Shown here: positions 1 through 18,152 of the stretch, piece by piece
How positions within the stretch are numbered: position 1 is the stretch's first letter
Layout of the letters: the number at the start of each line of letters is the position of its first letter
Origin: Takakia lepidozioides
Taxonomy: Eukaryota > Plantae > Bryophyta
Assembly: GCA_030704615.1 (NCBI GenBank)
Contig: CM060734.1
Location: forward strand, 50,840,001-50,904,000
DNA length: 64,000 nt
Direction of reading: 5' to 3'
Made by a program: the position numbers and the translations under genes
Notes under the pieces: generated by a model
What the model saw: the letters and a program-made list of their open reading frames with translations, nothing else
Told to the model about the DNA's origin: nothing
The model's database searches: none

Positions 1-2095
1 CGAGGGTAGAATAAATGCACATTCTAACACTCCTGCTCAGTTTTGAACCCGACTTAGAGACCTTATTTGTAGCTTTTCCCTGTGAAGTTCAAAGCTTGCC
101 CTTGGTAAAAATATGTGCAGCCTGCAATTTAGTTGGACAGTATTCCAACAAAATTTCTTCCTCCTCCACTTTCTCTCGAATGAAGTGAAACTGAGTTGCT
201 ATGTGCTTGGATCTTCCATGAAACTTGGGAAACTTAGCCAGTGCAATGCAACTCTGATTGTCACATTTGAGGTTGAGAGGATCAATTTGCTTCATTCCAA
301 TGTCATGGAATAATCTCCTTCACGCTCTTAGGCTCCAATTTGTTTCTTTTTTCTTTTGGAACATGAACGTAAGCCTTACATCCAAAAACCCTAAAATGAT
401 CAAACATTTTGCTTCTTATCAGACCAAATCTCTTCAGGAGTCTTGGTTGGAGATGCCTTGGTGATCACTCGGCTCCAAATATATGCTACGGAAGTTACTT
501 CTTCAGCCCACAAAGCCTTGATCAGCTTGTTGTCATGAATCATGCTACAGACACTCTCCATCAGTGTCATGTTCATTCTCTCAGCCAGGCCGTTTTGAAA
601 GGCATTGTAAGGAACATAAGTGTATCTCTGGATGCCATTTTGACTGCAATATTCCTTGAAAGCGAGAGAAGTAAACTCTCCACCATTGTCGCTCCTGATC
701 GCCTTCAACTTCAAACCTGTTTACATTTCTGCAATCTTATGAAAGGTCTTGAATGCATCAAGGACGCCTGATTTTTCTTTCAAGCTATAGACAACCACCC
801 TCCTAGAGAAATCATTAGTAAATGCCACAAAATACTTGGCTCCTCCAAGTGAAGGAACTCTCATCGGTCCAACCATGCCAACTCAAGCACATGGGCAGCC
901 CTGCTGCATGTGGTCTTAGGAATGGGTGCCTTATGTTGCTTACCAAGCAAACACCCTTCGCAAAGTTTTAGGTGTGATCCATCTTCAATCTTAAACCATG
1001 TGACAGCTTGAGCTTTTTCCATCAAGTGCATTGTTTGAAAATTCAGATGCCCCAATCTCTTATGCCTTATCTCTGCTGAATTTTCTTGTCCACTTAAGGA
1101 TGCTTTTGCGCAATACTGTTGCACTGGTGTCAATGAGTAAAGATCCCCAACTCTATCTCCTTTGGCCACCAAATTCAAGTTCTCGTCATAGAGTTCGCAA
1201 CTTTTTTTCTTGAATAAAGTCTTCATACCTTCATCTGCCAATTTACTTACTGCCAAGAGGTTGTTCTCTAGACTTGGAACACAAAGTACACCTTTTAGCT
1301 CCTTGGTCGTGCCATTAGGAAGTTGTGTAAGTATGGTTCTCTGACCTATAATTTCACTGTAAGTGGCATTGGCCACTTTCACTCTCCTTGGAACATGGGC
1401 TTCTTGGAATTCCACAAACCAATCTGATCTAGATGTCATATGGTGAAGTTGTCTCCACAGGTTGCTTTTTTTCCCCTGTTACAATGTTCCATAAACCTTG
1501 ATGCACCAACATGTGCTGCATCTTGTATTTCCAAAGAGCAAAGTCTTCACCACCAAATCTACCCATGAGCCGTGGGGCAGAGCCGACGGGTTCCATAGTC
1601 GTAGCTTGGAGAGAACCGTTGGTCTAACGCTAGAATGCAATGCTGATCTCACATTCTACGGTGCACTAGGAGCAACGGCTTCTATCTAGTTCTACGCTAC
1701 TTGTCGCCTGTTCACACTCGTTAACTTTAGTTGCTAATTCAAAGGAACTAACATACTAGCTCTGATACCATGTTGGAAAACATGAACATCTAAAGCTATT
1801 GTAGATACTCACAGCAACAACAGATTCATACACATGACCAGGCGGTGAGAAGAAACAACGTGCTAAAGAACAATGTGCTCAAGAGTGAAAAGAATGAATA
1901 TAACGGAAAGCATGAGAAGGTTATATATAATGAGAGTCATGTGGAGAGGCTGGGCTTCTAGTCGCTATTCATAGTAAGAGATAAGGATCACCGTCAATGT
2001 GCAATTAAGCACCGTCGTGGGTAGGTAACCACACCTGATCTAATCCTACAAATATGGGAGAGTTGTCAAGGGTAGAATAAATGCACATTCTAACA
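1..2095 (-). mobile_element. Internally deleted Ty1/copia LTR retrotransposon (3' LTR runs off the window start)
   Basis: LTR 1771-2095 (TG..CA); its end (gggtagaataaatgcacattctaaca) recurs at 4-29. tRNAiMet PBS TGGTATCAGAGC at 1759-1770 (minus). Fragments: gag N-terminus (FALWKYKMQHML), protease/GAG-pre (861-1439), integrase (IRSDNGGEF..QNGLAER, 400-860), RNase H end (RSKHI..FHFIRE, 89-295). Confidence 0.92.
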
Positions 2096-2660
2096 AAAAA
2101 TGCATGTGGAAGCGATACCCTGCCTGGTAAGCTTATGTACAATGTGTCTACATTTGTTTCGCATGAAATGATTGATCACTAGATATTGTAACATTGGTGC
2201 GAGTTACCTACACTCACCTTCATAGGGGCCTTCCCCTTGTAGGAATTTTGAATTGTGGGTGCTGGAGCGGGTTGCAGGGGCGATTTTGTGCAAAGCCTGC
2301 ACACATTCTCACCATCTCTACCGAGGCCGGCGCGACCTCTTCCGCAAAATCTATGCGCCCACCACACCCCGCACCCCCCAACACACACATCCCTCTATCA
2401 CGCTCTGGCAGTCTCGTTTTGAATTTGCCACCTAATTAATAGCGCCTCCCCAACATGTCTCTAGCAGCCTCAAATTGGACGAGCATTTGCGGGAACAGCG
2501 AAACATGCATTACACACTTTGACTTTCATCTTCTCCTCTCTCCTCTCTATGCAGTGCGGAATCTTGTACGCTTGAAAAACCATTCGCGCTTGCAATTACC
2601 TTTAATGGCACCTCTCCAAGAACAGTTTCATGGCCCAAGTCAGTCCTTTCTCTATAAGAC

Positions 2661-5600
2661 ATGAAATGAAATGGTGCTTTATAACGTCTGCGGAAAGCTC
2701 ATAAAGCTTATGGGACAAAATGGAAAAAAACATGAGAGATGAACAAATCCAGACACCACAATTAATGTTCTAGCGATTGTCTAAGGGTGAAGGCCTCGTG
2801 CAGGTAGGCTGCCAAGCATTTTTTATCCTCATAGTGGAAGACATCAGTGAGAGTTTGGGTTCCACTGAATAAATAGTGGAATCTCCCACAGATCTCATAG
2901 TACAGAGGGCAGTAGAAGAAGAAGTGTTCTTCAGTTTCAATTTCCTTACTGCGCCCTATGCAAGCTGGACATAGGCGGTCCTCCCGTTGCAAGTTTTCCC
3001 ATTTGCCAGTCTCTATCCGTAGGTTGTGGGATCCCACCCTGAACCGCCCCAATGGCCTCAGGAGGGAAGGAGATAAGGATGTTGAAAGGTAATTTGGTCT
3101 CAAGATTCTATCATCGCGGAGCACCAAGAATGTCTCTCGATAGAAGTGGAGCTTTGTCGTGAGATTGGGTAGCTTCCAAGTTCTCTTGACATGTAATTCC
3201 ATAAGCTCTCTCCTAATGAGTCTGTTGCGGTCATGTCTAGACATGATGTCCACCTCATCTGGATTCATTGGTAAGAGGAAAGCAGTAGAAAGTCCATTAC
3301 GTTGAAATAAACTGTCCACTCGAGCATACCAGGAGTTCCTGAAACCTGCAGCTTTGAGCCTCATAGATGTTGTGAGGGCCCTTGCCACGAGCCCCTTGGG
3401 TGGAAGGGCCTGTAATCTATGGAGAAAGATTGTAAGCCAAAAGAGGGCCTCGGATTGCAATGGTACACATGCGAACTCTGCACTGAGATGGAGTTGTGCT
3501 CCTGGCGCCAAGCATTGCTTGGAGAAAAGATGACTGTAATGGTTCCAAATTCTTTTCCCACCAGGAGACAGGGACACCAAAATGCCCCGAACTCACAACC
3601 TAGATGGTAGCAGGGCTGACGACGGTGTCAAACAACCACTTTTTGGTTGGGGGATGACAGAGATGTATTTGCTTGCATTTGGCCTGAAGGCGGATGGAGG
3701 CTGCCTTACCTTTAGTCAATCTGTCCAAGGCAGTGGCTGCGAAGTGAAACTTGGGGGAGTGGATAACCAGACCCAGGTACCGGTATGATTTCACAATCTC
3801 AATTTCTTGCTGGTTGAAGATGAATCTACGATCAGCCTGGCCATTGAAGACCATGATCTTGGTCTTGCTAAGATTGACTTGCATCCCATAGTCTTTGTAG
3901 AACTGTTCCAAAATTTAGAGATGGTGTTGCAGGAAGACCAGGGATTGTGCCAAAAGGGCAACATCATCAGCGTAGAGGAGATCTGATTGTGTTGGTCCCC
4001 CATCCAATGGTACCCCAACCCCATGGTTTTTTGATATGTAATTCTCCAAGGCGTCAATGTAGATCCCGAACAGGGTAGGTGAAAGGGGGCAGCCCTATTT
4101 GACTCCAATGTTGCTGTGGACCTCGGCTGAGAATTCACCAGCGACGTTGACCATGCCAGTGACAATCTCATACATAGAAGAGATGGCACAAATGATGTCT
4201 GGAGAGACTTCCACTCTATGGAGCCGTTGGAAGAGAAGGTCCCGATGAATTGAATCAAAGGCTTTGTGAAAGTCCACGAAGCAAACATAGACCATTCTTT
4301 TGTCATAGCATGCACTTTCCACCATAACCTGAAGAGTGAAGATGTGGTCAATAGTGGATATGTTGCAACGGAAACCAGCCTGTCCCTCAGCACGAATGCG
4401 AGAGGACTCAGCCCAGTCATCCAGTTCCATGGCCACTACTGCCCCAAACAGTTTAGCAAGTAACGAGGACACCATGATAGTACGATAGTTGGTCGGTGCG
4501 AGCCTGTCACCGCTCTTGAAGAGTGGGTGGATGATGCTATTTGTCCACTCTGTTGGAAAGCCCCATTGCACTACCTCATTGAAGAGGTTAGCTACAAAAG
4601 GGGCTAAAGTAGGTGCAGCATGCTTGATGAATTCACTCTGAAGTCCTAAAATGTCCACTGCTCTGCCATTCTGCAGCTTCTTGATTGTCTTACTGACATT
4701 GGCCGTAGTAAAGAGAGGGAAGTGAAGGGGTTTAGAGGTTATAGGAGGGGGAGGTTGGGTTGGGGAATGGTACAAAGACTGTGCATACTCATGCCAGACG
4801 TGAATGTCAGTGATTGGGGGAGGGTCTCTATGAGGTTTAAGGAGGGACAAAAAAGAACGAGGAGAAAATCTGATTTTAGCAAGGAAAGAAGATTGCAACT
4901 TGATAATGTAGGCTCGCTTTTTGGATCTAATGAGGGACTTATAGTGCTTAAGAGCAAGATTAGTGGGTATCAAGTAGTAAAGATTTGATGTGACGTCTAA
5001 CAGTCTTGCATTCCTCATCATAAAATGGTGCATAACGACGAGTGGAGAAGGGTGAGGAGGTAGATGGAAGTGTGACAGGAAAGGATCGCAGGACTGAGTC
5101 CCAAAAAGGCTTGAGTATAATGTGTAGCCTTGTCGTTAGGAAATGGTAGATGTAGAGTAGAGGGGAGGGTTGACGCTAGGTATGTTTCATTATCAACGTC
5201 GAATAAGTGAGAGAAATGGGTATTAAAGTGGATACTTGGGTGTAAGGGAAGAGAAGCAGAGGGGACCTTCACGAGGAGGGAGATGGAAAGAAATGCAAAG
5301 GAAAGGCAAGAGTGATCAGAATCCGGGCACCTCGTGATGTAAAAGGAGCTTATTCTATCATACTTGTTGGGGCTCCCCAAGAGATAGTCAACCACGCTCT
5401 GGCCCTTGTACATGTGGCAAGTGAACTGACTGGAGGATTGAAGTTGGTTGTTCCATTGTAAATGGCAAGCCCCTGAGTTTCACAAAACTTGAAGAGATGG
5501 TGACCGTAGCTAGTGATTTCGCAAGAGGAATCTGCACTTTGCCTCTCCAATTCCATATGCGAGCGTTGGATATGTAGAGGATCCGTGTGGTCGAAGGTGG

Positions 5601-7300
5601 GGGCCTGTAGTGATCATGTACGGGCGTTGAAATCTCCAACCAAGAAAATGTCTGTGTGTGGGGTACGGAGACGGGCCATGTCGTCTTCCAATGGAACATA
5701 TGGTGAATCTGTTCGAATATGTAGGCCACTGTGCGGAGATGCAGCCGGAACAAAATAACATCCCGCCAGCAGGATGTTGTAGCCTTTAATGTGACACCAA
5801 ATGTACCTTGCCAGTGGGTCCTTGTATGGGAAGGAGATAAATGGGAGAAGCCAGTCGGCAAAGTAGCAAGCCACACCTCCAGATCCTTTGAGACATGTAT
5901 GTGGACGAATCACTGACTGAACGCTATAACCAAGAATAAAAGGGGGGTCCTTTCCTTCGTACGCATGTGTTTCCAAAAGAAAAAGATTATCACACTTGGA
6001 AAGAATATCTAGAAGCCCTTGGGGGTGGCTCCACAACAAGCCAGTACAGTTCCATGTGCCAATGTGTAGATGTGAGCGTGCGTTGGTCTCATGGTGCCCC
6101 AACCCCTATTTAGAGCTAGAGGGGCGACGCTCGTGCTCCCGGACAATTACCCTCCCATCTCGGTACACGACATAGTGCCCCTGAGCTCGAGCTTGCTTAA
6201 CCTGCAAAAGTTGTGCCCGCATGGCATTGTATTGCAAAGGGGTCAAGTCATCGTTGAGGTACATACCCTGACCTCTCAATTGAGGCCGCTACCTGAGGAC
6301 TCTATCCTGAGCACCCTTGTCCTTGAATCTAATGAAGAGGACTTTATGCTCGGAAGATCCTGCACGCCAAGCCCTTTCAATGCTACTCGCTCCCCGTGGT
6401 AGAGCAAGGTTTTGCTGAATACGGCTGGTGGCAGCGTCAAGAGGGTCCCCCTCAGCGAGACTCCCTAGCTTCCCAGTGACCCTGATATTAAGGGCTTTGA
6501 AAGCCCGTTGAGGAGGCTTTTGCCTTGTGAGCTTGGAGCTTCCGAGCCATTGTAGATGTCGCAGTCCTGTGTGTTTCCAGCTCTTTGCTAAGGGATTCCA
6601 CCTGCAGGTGGATGCTTGCCGTGAGGGGATCTGGGAGGCTCTTCTCTGCGAAGGTCTTCACTTTGCCTTCAAGTTTTGAAAGACGCGTATGTACGGATTT
6701 GTCATTGAGATGTTTCGACAGACCTTGAGGTTTGATATTGCACTCCTGAAGAGAGGCCCGCAAAGCGTTGTCCTGAACTCGCATATTGTCCAGCGACTTC
6801 TCCAAGTCTGCGTCTCTGTCTGTCAGGCGCTTCTGCCAATCATTGTCCAAAGAAGTCATGCGTTTCTGCCAATCATTGTCCAAGGAAGCCATGCGCTTCT
6901 CCCAGTCTTTGTTAAGGGAAGCCGTCCACGTCTCCCAATCTTTGTCTAGGGAAGCCATCCGCTCCTTCGAGTCACTGTCTCGGGCAGCGAGCACTTGCTG
7001 CAGAGTCTCCTCCGAGATGCATTTCGTTTGTAAGATGGTGATTTGGTCCCGAAGCGTTTGAACATCAGCACTCCTTGTGGAGTACTGACGCAAAGGAGAG
7101 GCCTGTTGAGAGACAGGGGCAGGAAGAAGCAGAGAGGAATGAAGTCGGGGTGAGGGAGACGGGGAGTCTGCCTCCTCGCCAACCGTCCTTTGGCGTTTGG
7201 AGGACGTCATGGTGTGGATGTCTCTCATGAGCGTCGACGTGCTGCCGCGCACGCGCGAGAGAGAAACGAGAGAGAAGGAAGAGAAACGAGACAAAGACCA
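2661..7300 (-). mobile_element. Near full-length, degenerate LINE (RTE-X-like), family 1
   Basis: Coiled-coil ORF1 (~6110-7294, C-terminal YLNDDLT motif); APE endonuclease (GTWNC..LLETH..GDFNAR, 5614-6102); RT (NYRTI, QAGFR, FVDFHKAFDS, LYADD); C-terminal CxxC..EEH..C (2762-3580). 3' tail is (CATTT)n at ~2661-2673. Many frameshifts and stops; 5' end approximate. Confidence 0.88.
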
Positions 7301-7798
7301 TAGAAGGCCCCATAGGATCTACGGGGTGTTGTAGAATTGCAAGTGCAAAGGAAAAAAAAAAAAAAAGACAAGTTCGCTTGGCAACATGCCTTGGTAGGCG
7401 TTTACCATATGGGAACTTCGTTGAACACGAAGCTTGTGACACTCCGCAAGAATCTGTGATAACCAAAATGACCCTCTCCTCTCAAAGAACATATGAACTG
7501 TGGGGTTTTGCAAGGAGGGGATGTAAGCACAATTGATAATCTCATCACATAATCTTCTCAAGTAGTTTCACTTGTTGTCCCTTATCCGACACATGTACAT
7601 GAGAGCTATGATTTTCCTCTATGACTTAGAGAGGTCAGAAGAAAGTTTCCAATAGATTTCATAGGCCACAAGATCAAGATGCTGACTATCATTGGGTTGG
7701 TGCTGTTGAAGTGGTGTTATTACCAATTGTCTCGGTTAGGTTGAAAAATAAGCAACGATGGAAAAAAGAGCCCAGACGAAGCGTCATGTAAGTCTTCC

Positions 7799-15500
<7,702 letters not shown>

Positions 15501-16354
15501 TGCTTCTCTCACCCTCCCTCTATAGCTATGGCACACTCGTTCTCAATTCACCCTCCTTCAATCTCTGCCCCCACCATTCCCCCCCAGAGACGAGCATATG
15601 TCACTGTACCCCCACAGCTGACACTGGACTCCACCATCTTCAAACTCTTCAATAATATATCCATACAGTACAGTGTTGACAGTCAAAGGCCTCTCTGCAA
15701 CCGAGGGGCCTTGTTGTCATTGGGCGGCTGGCATATGTCCTTGCACAATATAACGTGGGAGGATCGGAAGTTCAAATATTTAGTATATTCCATGTATATC
15801 CTCTGAATATTCTGTGGTGATACAATATTCCATTCATACGAAGATTTTGCAAGAACTGTGTGAGTGATAACAGCATGACCAGGAGATCACTGGCTAAACT
15901 GCCGCTCTATCACTATTTTAGTGAGGCATATGGTGAGGCCCGCAAGCTAGATAGTAGTACGTGAGCCCTAGCTGCAACGTACCCACCATATCCATAGTAG
16001 AGTAATAGCGTAAGGTTGAGGTGGCAGATCGGAGATCGTGGGGCCCACCACATGGGCTATTGTCTTGGTATATGAGTGTGCAAGTTTGTAATCTTCGGAG
16101 CGTCTTGCTCACGAGTTGCGCCATATTCTACCACTGACTTTGTTGGGTAGCGGACCGTGCTACAAATTAGAGCCGTGGCTGAGGCATAGTGAGTTGCCTT
16201 AGGTAAACAGATAGAAGCCAACGGCCAACTACTCACCACCCCTGATGACATAAAAAATGAAATATGGATTCAAGCCTCATCCTCCTACACTCCCACCACT
16301 ACGAACTGCCTGCACCCTACCTTACACACCCCTGATTGCGTGTGTACCCCCTCC

Positions 16355-16790
16355 ATTCTAGAAAAACGACAAAAATACGCCCCCCTCAACCTCGCCATCC
16401 GCTAGTGTGGGTGGCGCACCAGCCCCTTATCAGTTATCACAGCAGGTACTAGAGGTGGGATTCATATCGCCAGTATAAACTCGTTACACGACAATCTTAA
16501 AATCCCTATCCCCCCTATCCACAAATGCTTTAAAGCCATCCACCTCACTGCTCTCCGCTCCCTCACTACCATCATCACCAATAAACAACAACTCGAGTCC
16601 AACCCCTCTGTGGCATCCCAGGGTATCCTAGGGTACTTTAGGGACCGTCCCCTATTTACTACCTCCTCTTGGTTACCAGGTGTTCCCTAGATACCTGTTC
16701 TCTTTACAGGGCCCACCCCCAAAATGGAGCAGTAGCCGTAAAGCAAAGTGACTCTTAGTTACGTCGGCTTTGGCCGGAGTCTTCTCTATC
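16355..16790 (+). mobile_element. 3' end of a probable RLE-type non-LTR retrotransposon (Dualen/RandI-like), copy 1
   Basis: Frame EKRQKYAPL..GWRTSPLSVITAGTRGGIH..LKIPIPPIHKCFKAIHLTALRSLTTIITNKQQLE plus ~190 bp 3' UTR. Homologous to 39945-40400 (minus). Confidence 0.6.
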
Positions 16791-16799
16791 TAGAAGCCA

Positions 16800-17780
16800 A
16801 CCTTTTTGGCTCAGAATCAGATGAGGATTTGTTTATGGACCTTTTTGTAGACCAAATGCAACAAGTTATAGAGGAATAAGAACTTGCTAACTTTGCTTAT
16901 GGGGTGGCCGTAGATGCAACCGATGAGTATGTTCGCTTGGGTGCTAGCACTGTCATGTACCATGAAAAGATGAGGAAAATATTTTGTGTTGTAGTCAGGC
17001 ATGTTTTCAGTCTACCTATTTGCGGCAACCTACCATAGCTGATTTGTAGAAGCATATGAATATCAATGTTGCGAAAGGTTTTCCATGAATGTTTGCATCC
17101 ATTGACTGCATGCATTGGGAGTGGAAAAATTACCCTATAGGTTGGCAAGGTCAGTATCAAGACAAAGATGGCAACAGAAGCATTATATTGGAGAGAGTGA
17201 CTGATCAGTCCTTGCGTATATGGCATGCATACTTTGGCATACCAGGATCCAACAATGACATCAATGTGTTAGACAGGTCGCCTCTTGTACGTGATATGTT
17301 GGTTGCTGCAGGGAAGGATATTCATTTTGTGGTCAATGATAACAAATATCCTCGATATTATTTGTTTGTAGATGGCATCTATCCCAAGTGGTCATGTTTC
17401 GTTCAGACGATCCATGACCCTCACAATGAGATGCGTCAATATTTTGTTATGATGTAAGAAGGTATCCGTAAGGATATCAAGCGTATTTTTAGTGTGTTGC
17501 AATCTCAATGGGTTGTTGTTTGTATTCTCTGTATGTAGTAGGATATGGCCACCATGTCAACCATTACGCTTATCTGTGTCATCCTTCATAACATGATTAT
17601 TGAGGATGAATCAGCGGAAAACTTGGAAGTTTTGGACATTACATGTGTTGCTGTTGAGATAAGTCGCAGCATTACCTTTGAATTGCTTTGATGCAAAGGA
17701 CTCGTGAAATTGAGAGCTTGGCATCACACTTTCGTTTGCAATGACTTGATTGAGCATCTTTGGGCTCACAAAATGAACTC
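16800..17780 (+). mobile_element. Degenerate PIF/Harbinger-type transposase
   Basis: SIDCMHWEWKN.P..WQGQY, IWHAYFGIPGSNNDINVLDRSPL, YYLFVDGIYPKW, then CVILHNMIIEDE. Stops and frameshifts; no TIRs recognised. Confidence 0.88.
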
Positions 17781-18152
17781 TCCCTACTGACATTCATTCC
17801 AATAAATATTTCAGTTCATGTATGGTTTCATTGAAGGGGATGTCCTTTTCAGATTCACTTCTAGCAAATTGCCAAAGTATATACAATAAACATTGTTTGA
17901 TGGCATACTACTTATTTGCGCTCCAAAGCCACAATTTGATCAGATCTGCACAATAGCTTTGAGGTTAGTCTCCATATCTCCAAACCATCCAACAAATATA
18001 AAGTCATCTAAAAAGTATGAGGATTTGTGGAAGTTCCCGGACATAATGGTGCTCAGATGGCCGCCCTATGTTCATGGCCACTATCTCCAATTTGGGTGTG
18101 CTATGGTGGCGATGATTTGTAACAACTAATGTGATGAACATTTGTTGGCATG

